The position numbers were made by a program, and so were the translations under genes. From contig OZ244977.1 of NCBI GenBank assembly GCA_965222995.1, forward strand, positions 1,033,083-1,097,082: a stretch of DNA of 64,000 nt, read 5' to 3'. The stretch is from Bacteroidia bacterium (GTDB taxonomy: Bacteria > Bacteroidota > Bacteroidia > UBA8524). Below, one piece after another: positions 12,924 through 22,522 of the stretch. A model generated the notes under the pieces. It did no database searches. It saw nothing but the letters and a program-made list of their open reading frames with translations, and was not told where the DNA came from. Every line of letters begins with the position of its first letter. The first letter of the stretch is position 1.

Positions 12924-13725
12924 TTATTTTTATCTTTTTAGTCATCCAAACATTACTCTTATCATCTAACCAAGCAATCTTATAAGTTCCACTACCGGCT
13001 ATTTTTATACTTTGTTTGCCCATTAAAAAATCATAAGAAGGACCACAAGCTTTTTGAGGTCCAAAAAATGAAGAGTTAAATGTCCATTTCAGGTTATTTT
13101 TTTGCAAAACAATATACATTATAATTGGTTTGCAATCACCGTTAGTATAAAACCGGGATTTAGTTTCTGCAAATTCAAATGTAATCAGTTCATTTTTCTT
13201 GTAAATGCTCTTACTAGATATAACTTTATTTTTTTCATTTTGACTGTAGTTAAATGTTGGGTTTAATTCAGAAAAACTTGCTAACTCAAACTCACTAATT
13301 TTGTTATCATCAATATTACTCCAGTCATTCAGAGAAATTCTATCAATTATAAGAAAACAACCATTTCTAAATATAATTTCATCTCTATTACCAGAATGAA
13401 ATGAGTTATTTTTAACAAGTAGCTTCATTAATTTATTACTAATTTTATTAGTAATATCTATGTATAAGTAGTTAATACTTTTTTCTTGGGCTTTAGTATT
13501 AGTAAAAATATTAATAACCAAAGTGTTATTGTTTCCTTTGTTACTGTGTATACTAAGTTCAGTACCTGAATAGTCTTGTATTTTAATCTTGTATTTAGAA
13601 GAGCTGTCAAACTTTATTGTTTTGGTTTCATTTGTTAAAAGAAAGCTATACAGTAATGAATCTGTTTGAGAAAAGGCTGAATGAGCAAATACTAAAAGTA
13701 GTAATGATATAATGATGTTTTTCAT
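12913..13725 (-). CDS. hypothetical secreted protein (signal peptide, N/S/K-rich, low GC)
   Basis: Cleavable signal peptide MKNIIISLLLLVFAHSAFSQ. Very AT-rich coding sequence. The ORF overlaps the downstream GreA-like ORF by 11 nt. Confidence 0.5.
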   Translation of the reverse strand: MKNIIISLLLLVFAHSAFSQTDSLLYSFLLTNETKTIKFDSSSKYKIKIQDYSGTELSIHSNKGNNNTLVINIFTNTKAQEKSINYLYIDITNKISNKLMKLLVKNNSFHSGNRDEIIFRNGCFLIIDRISLNDWSNIDDNKISEFELASFSELNPTFNYSQNEKNKVISSKSIYKKNELITFEFAETKSRFYTNGDCKPIIMYIVLQKNNLKWTFNSSFFGPQKACGPSYDFLMGKQSIKIAGSGTYKIAWLDDKSNVWMTKKIKIIDD

Positions 13726-13769
13726 TGTTTTTTATTCTGTACATCATTTAGGGTAATAAGTTCAGCTAC

Positions 13770-15479
13770 CTAAAACTCAAAACCTCTAAGCCCAATATTT
13801 AGTCGCATGCCTATCATAAGCATGTTGCCGGTAGTATTTAGGGCTTCTATATCACTATTGATAGTACGGTAAATATATCTGATGTCAAAAAATAAGTTGT
13901 GTGTAGGCATATAGGTAGCCGTAAACTCTCCCCATAATAGAGTGTTATTGGCACCTTGCCCAATACTGTTTCCGTTTTCACTTACGCGGGTAAAGTAATT
14001 CTTGCTAATATCTCCGCCATAGTTTAGTCCTGCTGTATCAATACCATAATTAGCATAAATGGCCTTAGCAATTATATTTAGTCGCTTCAACGGTTGGTAA
14101 CGTATAATACTTATCAGCTCATTAAAATTAGCACCCAATGGGTGTGCTAAAGGGGTATTTAAGTTAGTATAGGTTTGTGCAGGGTTAAAGTGTTGGTAAG
14201 TGTAAGGGCGAACGCTATTTGCCTCTAACTGAATATCCAAATTAGGGATGGTGAATGCATTGATATATTTCATTCCTCCTTGCAAACCAAATTTGTTAAG
14301 GTAAGACCCTAAATTGCTTCTTAGTTGTGCTATATGAAACTCATCAAAAATTACTTGCCCGTAAAGGCTTAGACTGTTGGCAGGGTTATACTTTACATCA
14401 AAACCCAATAAAGCATTATCACTACTTACTCCACCGGTGGATTGCTCAATAGCCCTATAAAAAATTATAGGGTTAAGATAGCTGTAATTAAACCTTCCAT
14501 TTCCTGTAGCACTATCGCCACGGCTAAATATGATGCTTTCAAAAATCCCTACGTTAATACGTTTTCCAAGATTTACACTTAGGTGATGAAATGCCATGTA
14601 CTTACCTCGTCTATCCCTTTGTGCTCTATCTGGGTTAAACGCATTCAGCTCCATAAACAAATTGGTGTAGTTGATTCGCCAAACATTGGTTTTAATTTTT
14701 AGAAATAGGTTTTCTTTTGAAAAATCACTTAACACCAGTGAACGATGGCCATTACCAATAAAATTTCTATCGTGCCCAAACTGAAAATTAATAAGTTTGG
14801 CTACGTCAAATGTGATATACCCTCTAGCTTCAAAAAAGTCAAATGCATTGGTATCGGTTTTAAAAGGCTTGGTAAGTCCCGCACCGGGGAAAACTCCGGC
14901 TTCTCGGGTTCTATTGGCAAGATATAGCGGAGCATTTATTTGGTTTTCAGTAAGGTAGGTGTAGAAACCCACTTTGCGCCCAATTTGTCCGCGCATTTCA
15001 GCTCCGCGGGTATTTTGCCAAATGGTTCGGGTTTCGCCATCCACCTGCTCTGTACCAGCAGTAAAGTTTAATACAGGGTTTACCTGCACACTAAACTCAT
15101 ACGATTTGTAAGCGTATAGGGCTGCCTTATAGCGATAAAAGTAACGTAAGAGTGTATCGCCTCTAACTTCAGGGTTTTCTTGAATATCAGGGTTATCTGC
15201 TAATAAATATTGCAGGTTAAATATATCTCTCTTAGAATAACGACTGTTACTGTCATTCAATAGCTTTTCTGCCATGGAACCAATTTCGTAGCGCTGCAAA
15301 GGTTTAGCAATAGAATGGATGCCTCCGTATAAGAAGTATTTACGGTTGAGGTCTCCGTTTTGGATTAAATACCTATCTACCAAATGATTGTACTCTCTGT
15401 TATTGCTTCGCACAAAAGAAGATTGTGCAAACCCACTCAAACTAACTATTATGGCTAAAACTACTACTATATAGCGCAT
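13770..15479 (-). CDS. outer-membrane beta-barrel protein, capsule-assembly Wzi-like
   Basis: 569 aa with a signal peptide, alternating beta-strand pattern, aromatic-rich C-terminus ending in F, and a remembered resemblance to the Wzi family. The family call is tentative. Confidence 0.45.
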   Translation of the reverse strand: MRYIVVVLAIIVSLSGFAQSSFVRSNNREYNHLVDRYLIQNGDLNRKYFLYGGIHSIAKPLQRYEIGSMAEKLLNDSNSRYSKRDIFNLQYLLADNPDIQENPEVRGDTLLRYFYRYKAALYAYKSYEFSVQVNPVLNFTAGTEQVDGETRTIWQNTRGAEMRGQIGRKVGFYTYLTENQINAPLYLANRTREAGVFPGAGLTKPFKTDTNAFDFFEARGYITFDVAKLINFQFGHDRNFIGNGHRSLVLSDFSKENLFLKIKTNVWRINYTNLFMELNAFNPDRAQRDRRGKYMAFHHLSVNLGKRINVGIFESIIFSRGDSATGNGRFNYSYLNPIIFYRAIEQSTGGVSSDNALLGFDVKYNPANSLSLYGQVIFDEFHIAQLRSNLGSYLNKFGLQGGMKYINAFTIPNLDIQLEANSVRPYTYQHFNPAQTYTNLNTPLAHPLGANFNELISIIRYQPLKRLNIIAKAIYANYGIDTAGLNYGGDISKNYFTRVSENGNSIGQGANNTLLWGEFTATYMPTHNLFFDIRYIYRTINSDIEALNTTGNMLMIGMRLNIGLRGFEF

Positions 15480-15539
15480 TGCTGCGAAGATAGGGGATTT
15501 TTTGTGTTGTGATGTTGGATATTACCTACTACAATTTAG

Positions 15540-15836
15540 TTAGTCATATGGGAAAGCCTTAGTGAGATAGTGTTTGGGATTACCTAATATGTCTTCGGCT
15601 CTTGAAATTATGTCTCTTGGGTCACCAAAAAAATTATCATTATAAATGTTTTTTAAAGTAGAAAAATCTCCTTTTGAAATAACAAGTACACTCCTTGCAA
15701 GTTGATGTGCTGATACATTTAGCAAAGTATCCCAGAGAGATTCAATTAGCTCAATTACTTTGGACTGAATATTCTTTTCAGGGAAAAGTCTCATAATTTC
15801 AGTGTAAATATCCTCAGGAATATCATTTTTCATCAC
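15540..15836 (-). CDS. hypothetical small soluble protein (98 aa)
   Basis: ORF starting 1 nt after the upstream small membrane ORF ends. Low GC and no recognisable motif. Confidence 0.4.
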   Translation of the reverse strand: MMKNDIPEDIYTEIMRLFPEKNIQSKVIELIESLWDTLLNVSAHQLARSVLVISKGDFSTLKNIYNDNFFGDPRDIISRAEDILGNPKHYLTKAFPYD

Positions 15837-15837
15837 T

Positions 15838-16098
15838 TTATTCTTCTTTGTTATCTCTTGTCTCTTTTATGTCGGGGCTTGCAATCAATTTGGCAAAGTA
15901 GTTAGAGCAACCATGTTTTTTCCGTACCCATTCAGCAAATACAATACCTGTTATTCCACCACCAATCAAAATAATAATTGAAACACTTTTATTACTACTA
16001 TAAATTAATGCTGATGCGACGATACTAACAACCATAGGTGAAGCAAATGCCATTAGCCAGAAACACATTTCAACAAAAAACTCAAAAACTTTAAGCAT
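15838..16098 (-). CDS. small two-TM membrane protein, paralog B (86 aa)
   Basis: Two hydrophobic helices plus a conserved tail AEWVRKKHGCSNYFAKLIASPDIKETRD shared with the adjacent paralog. Confidence 0.45.
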   Translation of the reverse strand: MLKVFEFFVEMCFWLMAFASPMVVSIVASALIYSSNKSVSIIILIGGGITGIVFAEWVRKKHGCSNYFAKLIASPDIKETRDNKEE

Positions 16099-16101
16099 AG
16101 A

Positions 16102-16398
16102 TTATTTAATGTCAACTTTATTCCTGTCTTCGTTTTCGGTGTCGTCTTTTTTCATTCTTATATCAGGACTTTTATTCAGCTTAGTAAAGTAATTAGCACA
16201 CCCATATTTGCGGCGAATATGCTCGGCATAAATAATTCCTGCAACAGCTCCTAAAAAAAGTAATGAAATGGCAGAGCTTAAAAAACGTTCACCTGAAAGA
16301 AAAACTACGCCTGCACCTACTCCAAACAATAAGAAAGGAGTAACAAAAGCTCTTATCCAAAAAACTACTTCAATCCAAAATTCTTTCTTTTTAGACAT
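16102..16398 (-). CDS. small two-TM membrane protein, paralog A (98 aa)
   Basis: Two hydrophobic helices plus a conserved tail AEHIRRKYGCANYFTKLNKSPDIRMKKDD. The downstream paralog starts 3 nt after it ends. Confidence 0.45.
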   Translation of the reverse strand: MSKKKEFWIEVVFWIRAFVTPFLLFGVGAGVVFLSGERFLSSAISLLFLGAVAGIIYAEHIRRKYGCANYFTKLNKSPDIRMKKDDTENEDRNKVDIK

Positions 16399-16529
16399 AA
16401 CCTTTTTAGTAATTCAAAATTATGGCAAATTATTTGTTTAATCTTTTAAAGCTGTATTCATCTAAAAACAGCAACATTTTACCTTAGCTGTCGTTTAAGT
16501 ATTAACAAAAAAACTATTTTTGGGCGTTC

Positions 16530-18554
16530 ATGAGTTGGTTATACCCTTTATTCTTTGCTGCACTGGCATCCATAGCCATCCCTATCATTATTCATTTATT
16601 CAATTTCAGGCGGTTTAAGCGTATTTATTTCACCAATGTTGCACTGCTGCAAGAAGTACAGCAAGAAACCCGTTCACAACGTAACTTAAAGCATATTTTG
16701 GTACTTATGGCACGCATATTTGCCATTGTTTTTTTGGTATTGGCTTTTGTGCAGCCTTTTATTCCTGCTGCTTCAGGGGGTGGGCAACAAGGTGTTTCAG
16801 CGGTGAGTGTTTATATAGATAATACCTTTAGCATGAGCAGTGTGGGCAAAGAAGGGGAGTTGCTGCAAGCCTCTAAAAACAAAGCCCGCGAAATTGCCGA
16901 TGCCTATGCATCTACCGATTTGTTCCAATTACTCACTGCAGACTTTGAGGGTAAACATCAACGCTTAGTAAGCCGTGAAGACTTTTTGCGCATGGTAGAT
17001 GAGGTGGAAGTATCACCGGCATCCCGTAATTTGTCTGAAATTATTGCTCGTCAGAAAGAGGCATTGAATAAAGAACCCTACTCTAAAAAAATAGCCTATA
17101 TACTTAGCGATTATCAACAAAATATGGTAGATGCGGATGCAATTAACTCGGACAGCACCATATTAACAGAGTTAGTAAAACTACAGGCCAACCCCAAAGC
17201 CAATTTAAGTGTAGATTCAGTTTGGTTAATTACTCCTTACGTTCAGGTAAACCAGCCTGCACAGCTAATGGTGCGAGTGAAGAACTTTGGTGAGGAACAA
17301 GAGAATATTCCGCTTACCTTAAAAATTAACGAAGTGCAAAAAGGCTTGGCTAACTTTAGTATTGCTAAGAATGAGACAAAAACTATTGAAATGACTTTTA
17401 CCGCTACTACCCAAGGGTGGCAAAATGCTATATTGGTAGTGATGGATGCTCCCATTTCTTTTGATGATAAGTTGTATTTCTCTTTCGAGGTGAAGCAAGA
17501 AATAAATATTCTTTCTATTTACCCCGAAGAAGAATCAAATGCCTTGGGGGCGGTCTACGGTAAGATTGATGAATATTATAAACTCACCCAAGTAAGTGAT
17601 AAACAGTTAGATTATTCAGCATTTCCTAATTACAGTTTAATTGTATTGGATGGGGTAAAAACTATTTCCAGTGGGCTAAATGCCGAGCTAAATAAATTTG
17701 TTTCAGCAGGAGGAACACTCATTGCCTTTCCACCGACTGAAGAAAAACTCGATGCTTCTATAAATGAGCTTTTAAGTGCAATTGGAGCTGGACAGTGGCA
17801 AAACTTCAATTCACAAAACCAAAGGGTAAATTACCTTAATGTAGAGCACCCTGTTTTTAGAAATACCTTTGAGAAATTACAAAACAATATAGATAAGCCT
17901 GTCATTCAAAAATACTTTAATACCCCTGTGGGTAATGGTGAACTCATTATGCGGTTGCAAAACGGGCAAGTGTTTCTAAGCCATTATACCCAAGAAAATG
18001 GGAATATATATGTGTTCAACTCACCTCTAAATAGCGAGTGGAATAATTTTTCTGCCCATGCGCTGTTTGTGCCTGTAATGCTAAACATTGCTTTGAATAG
18101 TGTTACCAACCCTGATTTATTCTACACCATTGGGGATGGTAAACTGGTAAAGCTAAACTTAGCAGGGCAGGGTAAAGACCAAGTATATAAGCTGAAACTA
18201 GAGAAAACAGAGCTTATCCCTCAAATGGTGATTAAAGAGAATAAACTCAATCTTTCTGCCGGGCCGGAACTAAAAAAACCGGGTAACTATGCTTTAAGCG
18301 GGGGGGATAAAGATTTAGGCGTTAGAATAGCGTTTAATTACAATAGAAAAGAAAGCGAAAACACATTTTACAGTGAAGATGAATTGAGCGAGTTGATAAC
18401 TTTACCCAATATAAAAGTACTGCAAAACAGCCCTAAAGGCGTGAAGCAAGCTATAATAGAAGCCGATAAAGGAGTACAGTTGTGGCGATATTGTATAGCA
18501 TTTAGCTTGTTTTTCCTTTTATGTGAAGTATTATTGCTAAGATTTTTAAAATAG
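16530..18554 (+). CDS. BatA-N (N-terminal double-TM) domain membrane protein with vWA-like DxSxS site
   Basis: N-terminus MSWLYPLFFAALASIAIPIIIHLFNFRR… is typical of the aerotolerance BatA N-terminal domain. DNTFSMS is MIDAS-like. There is a C-terminal TM. 674 aa. Confidence 0.6.
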   Translation: MSWLYPLFFAALASIAIPIIIHLFNFRRFKRIYFTNVALLQEVQQETRSQRNLKHILVLMARIFAIVFLVLAFVQPFIPAASGGGQQGVSAVSVYIDNTFSMSSVGKEGELLQASKNKAREIADAYASTDLFQLLTADFEGKHQRLVSREDFLRMVDEVEVSPASRNLSEIIARQKEALNKEPYSKKIAYILSDYQQNMVDADAINSDSTILTELVKLQANPKANLSVDSVWLITPYVQVNQPAQLMVRVKNFGEEQENIPLTLKINEVQKGLANFSIAKNETKTIEMTFTATTQGWQNAILVVMDAPISFDDKLYFSFEVKQEINILSIYPEEESNALGAVYGKIDEYYKLTQVSDKQLDYSAFPNYSLIVLDGVKTISSGLNAELNKFVSAGGTLIAFPPTEEKLDASINELLSAIGAGQWQNFNSQNQRVNYLNVEHPVFRNTFEKLQNNIDKPVIQKYFNTPVGNGELIMRLQNGQVFLSHYTQENGNIYVFNSPLNSEWNNFSAHALFVPVMLNIALNSVTNPDLFYTIGDGKLVKLNLAGQGKDQVYKLKLEKTELIPQMVIKENKLNLSAGPELKKPGNYALSGGDKDLGVRIAFNYNRKESENTFYSEDELSELITLPNIKVLQNSPKGVKQAIIEADKGVQLWRYCIAFSLFFLLCEVLLLRFLK

Positions 18555-18560
18555 CAGTTC

Positions 18561-19826
18561 ATGCTCCTGCTCATAAAAAAAACCACAATAGCCGACCCAA
18601 ACAGCCCACATAATGGGCAAACCACAGATATTTTAATTGAAAACGGAAGCATTAAAGCCATTGGAAATAACCAAAATGCTGATAATGCTGAAGTAATAAA
18701 CGCTACCGATACCTATACCTCGGTTGGGTTTATGGATATGCGTGCCCATTTTGCCGACCCGGGTTTTGAGCACCGTGAAGATATATTTAGCGGTTGCAAA
18801 GCTGCTGCTGCAGGTGGTTTCACCGGTGTAGCTGTTTTGCCTTCTACTAATCCTCCTGTTCATTCAAAGTCAGAGGTAGAATATGTTGCCAATAAAGCTA
18901 AAGGACAACTTACTTCAGTATATCCCATAGGAAGCATCACCCACAATAGAGAGGGAAAAGAAATTGCCGAAATGTATGATATGCATACAGCAGGCGCAGT
19001 TGCTTTTACAGATGGCAATCGAGCGATAAGCGATAGTGGACTAATGCACCGTGCTATGTTGTATGCTAAGGGATTTAACGGTTTGCTGTGTGTTCATGCT
19101 CAAGATGCAGGACTATCATTAGGCGGGCAAATGAATGAGGGAGAAATGGCAGTACATTTAGGTATGAAGGGCATCCCCAACCTTGCTGAGCAAATAATGG
19201 TGAAGCGCGATATTGAACTAGCAAAGTATAACAATGCTAAAATTCATTTTTCGCATGTTTCTACCGTTGAGGCTGTGGAGTTAATTCGCCAAGCTAAAAA
19301 AGACGGACTAAAAGTTACTGCTGATGTTTCTATCGCCCATTTAGTGTGGGACGATACCGCATTAGAAGAATACGATACCAATTATAAACTTACTCCGCCA
19401 CTACGCACCAAAACCGACCAACAAGCCCTTATAGAAGGCTTGAAAGACGGTACTATTGATGCCATTTGTAGCGATCACAATCCGCAAGAAGCAGAAAGCA
19501 AGGTAGTAGAGTTTGAGTATGCAGAAAGTGGAATTACTGGCTTGCAAACGTTTTTACCATTGGCTTTACAATTAAAAAATACTTTGGGCTGGGATAAGCT
19601 AATAAATGCCATTACTCACCAACCTCGCAAGATATTAGGTATAGAGGCGTCAAGTATAGAAGAGGGAATTATTGCCAACCTTAGCATATTTAACCCTGAA
19701 AAAACCTGGGAGTTTAATAAACAAACAAACTACTCAAAATCAGTGAATTCACCTCTTTTCGATGAAACTTTGACAGGAAAAGTGATAGCAACTATAAACA
19801 ATAACAAAATAGAACGGTTTGAATAG
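18561..19826 (+). CDS. dihydroorotase-like amidohydrolase (HxH motif degenerate: D-M-R-A-H)
   Basis: Overall class-I DHOase architecture (…PGFEHREDIFSGCKAAAAGGFT…, SDHNPQ). The first metal-ligand His pair reads RAH instead of HxH and PHHL is replaced by AHL. Confidence 0.7.
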   Translation: MLLLIKKTTIADPNSPHNGQTTDILIENGSIKAIGNNQNADNAEVINATDTYTSVGFMDMRAHFADPGFEHREDIFSGCKAAAAGGFTGVAVLPSTNPPVHSKSEVEYVANKAKGQLTSVYPIGSITHNREGKEIAEMYDMHTAGAVAFTDGNRAISDSGLMHRAMLYAKGFNGLLCVHAQDAGLSLGGQMNEGEMAVHLGMKGIPNLAEQIMVKRDIELAKYNNAKIHFSHVSTVEAVELIRQAKKDGLKVTADVSIAHLVWDDTALEEYDTNYKLTPPLRTKTDQQALIEGLKDGTIDAICSDHNPQEAESKVVEFEYAESGITGLQTFLPLALQLKNTLGWDKLINAITHQPRKILGIEASSIEEGIIANLSIFNPEKTWEFNKQTNYSKSVNSPLFDETLTGKVIATINNNKIERFE

Positions 19827-20562
19827 TGAAGACATGAGTCCGAAAATTTATGAACCTGTACGGCATGCTTTGCAGGGAATGGTGAACGGATTTTTAGAAG
19901 GCAGTAAGACAGAGGGTGAGCTAATAAACAAAGCCATTCACCAACCCTTTTTAAGCGAAATAGTTACCGCATTTAGCCAGATAAATGATTTTGAGGCTAA
20001 ACTGCGAGATATGGATATTGTGTTTGAGCGTTACGAAACGTTTAAACCTGTACAAGAGTTTTGCTTCGACTTATTGATGGTGAATTTCTTTGCCGCCGAT
20101 TCTATCCATTTGGGTGAGGAATACTTGCAATCACAAGAGTGGAGCGATATTGAAGACCGTGTACTGGATAGGGGAACGGAGTTCCTAAACCTACTACTCT
20201 ATATAAACGAGGCTAAAGAAAGCGGAGCAAAAATTACCCTTGATGATTTTTTAAAAGAGTTTTTACTCACCGAAGACGACCTTTACCAAGACGAGTATTT
20301 TATTTACGAGCCCATCATAAAAAACCAACAATTGGTGGAGGGTGAAATAAAAGACATTGTAGATACCGCCAAAAATATAGACGATGAAGACCTTCAAGAA
20401 ATCTATGTGCCGCTAATGGTATTTTTTAACAAGCAAAGCAATTTTGAAAGCCGTTTTAACGAACTACTAACTCTTTCTACCAACAAAAAAACCGAAGCCT
20501 CCCTACTAATGGCAATACAAGATTTTTTTAATGGCGTGGTAGAGGCGGAGAGTGGGGAGTAA
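19819..20562 (+). CDS. hypothetical acidic protein (247 aa)
   Basis: ORF overlapping the upstream gene by 8 nt, with no recognisable motif. Confidence 0.45.
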   Translation: MNSEDMSPKIYEPVRHALQGMVNGFLEGSKTEGELINKAIHQPFLSEIVTAFSQINDFEAKLRDMDIVFERYETFKPVQEFCFDLLMVNFFAADSIHLGEEYLQSQEWSDIEDRVLDRGTEFLNLLLYINEAKESGAKITLDDFLKEFLLTEDDLYQDEYFIYEPIIKNQQLVEGEIKDIVDTAKNIDDEDLQEIYVPLMVFFNKQSNFESRFNELLTLSTNKKTEASLLMAIQDFFNGVVEAESGE

Positions 20563-20613
20563 ATTCTAACTCTTTATTTCTTCTAAAAATCTTAATCTTA
20601 CTATCTTCGCCGC

Positions 20614-21615
20614 ATGAGAGAAACTGTAGTAAGTGGTATTCGTAGCACGGGTAATTTGCATTTGGGCAATTACTTTGGGGCACTCACCAATTTCTTAAAA
20701 ATGCAGCACGAGCATAACAGCTACTTTTTTGTGGCAGATTGGCACTCGCTTACTACACATACCAAAGCCGAAGATTTACGCAACAGCGTACATACCGTTG
20801 TAGTAGAGTACTTAGCCTGCGGTCTAGACCCTGAAGTAGCTACACTATATATACAAAGTGATATTCCCGAAATAGCTGAGTTGTACCTCTACCTCAACAT
20901 GGTATCGTACAAAGGGGAGTTGGAAAGGGTTACTACGTTTAAGGATAAAGCAAAATGTCAACCCGATAATATTAATGCAGGTTTGCTTACCTATCCCGTA
21001 CTAATGAGTGCAGATATACTGATACACAAAGCCTCAAAAGTACCGGTAGGGAAAGACCAAGAGCAGCATTTAGAGATGGCACGTACTTTTGGTAACCGTT
21101 TTAACCACTTGTATGGAGAAGATTTTTTCCCAGAGCCTCAAGCTTTTAATTTCGGTAACAAGTTGGTAAAAGTTCCCGGTTTAGACGGTAAAGGAAAAAT
21201 GAGCAAGAGCAACGGTGAAAACACCGCTATTTTCTTGCGTGATACTCGTGAGCAGATTATCAAAAAAATGAAACGCTCGGTTACTGATAGTGGCCCAACA
21301 GAAGAAAACCAAACCAAACCTGAACCTATCCAAAATTTGTTCGATTTAATGGCATTGGTATCTGGCGAAGAAACCTATAAACACTTCGATAATTTATATA
21401 ATACTTGTGCCATACGTTACGGCGATTTCAAAATGCAAATTGCCGAAGATATGGATGCCTACATAGCACCATTGCGCGATAAAATAAACGAGATAGATAA
21501 TGACGATGCCTTTATCGGCAACGCTTTAAAAATGGGTACAGAAAGAGCCAGAGCCAGTGCTGCTGAAACTATTGCAGGTGCTCGCAGACTAATCGGCTTT
21601 AAGAAGTTTTATTAA
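20614..21615 (+). CDS. trpS: tryptophan--tRNA ligase
   Basis: Class I HIGH motif (STGNLHLGNY) and KMSKS motif (GKMSKSNGE). 333 aa. Confidence 0.9.
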   Translation: MRETVVSGIRSTGNLHLGNYFGALTNFLKMQHEHNSYFFVADWHSLTTHTKAEDLRNSVHTVVVEYLACGLDPEVATLYIQSDIPEIAELYLYLNMVSYKGELERVTTFKDKAKCQPDNINAGLLTYPVLMSADILIHKASKVPVGKDQEQHLEMARTFGNRFNHLYGEDFFPEPQAFNFGNKLVKVPGLDGKGKMSKSNGENTAIFLRDTREQIIKKMKRSVTDSGPTEENQTKPEPIQNLFDLMALVSGEETYKHFDNLYNTCAIRYGDFKMQIAEDMDAYIAPLRDKINEIDNDDAFIGNALKMGTERARASAAETIAGARRLIGFKKFY

Positions 21616-21631
21616 TGTACTTTTGTAGGTA

Positions 21632-22516
21632 ATGGCCACCTACCTAAATAGCAACCAACGTGTTTTTGTAATAAAGTCGCTGGTGTTTTTTAGTTTGGTG
21701 CGTTGGTATAACCTGTTGCTCATTACTGCCGCCCAATATCTTACCGCTATAAAAATTCTAAATGCTGATTTAACAGTATGGCAAGTTTTATCTATGCCGC
21801 AACTGCACTGGATAGTACTTAGCACAGCACTTATTACAGCAGGAGGCTACCTTATCAATGCCTTTTACGATTATGAGAAAGACCTTGCCAACCATGGCGA
21901 GGAGGTAATCATCAACAAAATAATCAGTAAACGTTTTGCTATTAATGCCTATTTGGTGTGTAATGCCTTTGCTTTACTAATAGCACTTTTTTTAAACTTT
22001 AAACTGTTTTTGTTTTATGGCTTACTGATTTTCCTGTTATGGTTCTACTCGCATAAGCTAAAGAAACTGCCACTTTTAGGAAATTTCACCGCTTCATTTT
22101 TGGCAGTAAGCGCTTTCCTTTCCATTTGTATATTTTATTGGCAAATTAATTTGCTCATAGTGTTATACGCCACCTATATTGGTTTAATAGCACTTACTCG
22201 CGAGATAGTGAAAGATATGGAGGCTATAAAAGGCGATATGCTGTTTGGCTACAAAACCTTTCCCGTTACATTTGGCATCAGGAAAACTAAAATACTCTTA
22301 GCTCCTATAATGTTAGCTTGTGTACCTATTGGGTACTATCTATTCAACTACCTGTTTCCGACCTATTCTGCTATTTATTTTTCCGTATCATTTTCAGGGA
22401 TAGTAATAGCCATGTTATACCTTATGTTCACCAGAACAGAGAGAGGGTATAAACAAATTGATGATTACTATAAGCTAATTATTGTACTTGGAATACTGAA
22501 TATTGCGTTAGTATAA
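21632..22516 (+). CDS. UbiA-family prenyltransferase
   Basis: About 8 TM helices and an Asp-rich NxxxDxxxD-like motif (NAFYDYEKD). 294 aa. Confidence 0.6.
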   Translation: MATYLNSNQRVFVIKSLVFFSLVRWYNLLLITAAQYLTAIKILNADLTVWQVLSMPQLHWIVLSTALITAGGYLINAFYDYEKDLANHGEEVIINKIISKRFAINAYLVCNAFALLIALFLNFKLFLFYGLLIFLLWFYSHKLKKLPLLGNFTASFLAVSAFLSICIFYWQINLLIVLYATYIGLIALTREIVKDMEAIKGDMLFGYKTFPVTFGIRKTKILLAPIMLACVPIGYYLFNYLFPTYSAIYFSVSFSGIVIAMLYLMFTRTERGYKQIDDYYKLIIVLGILNIALV

Positions 22517-22522
22517 CAGCAT

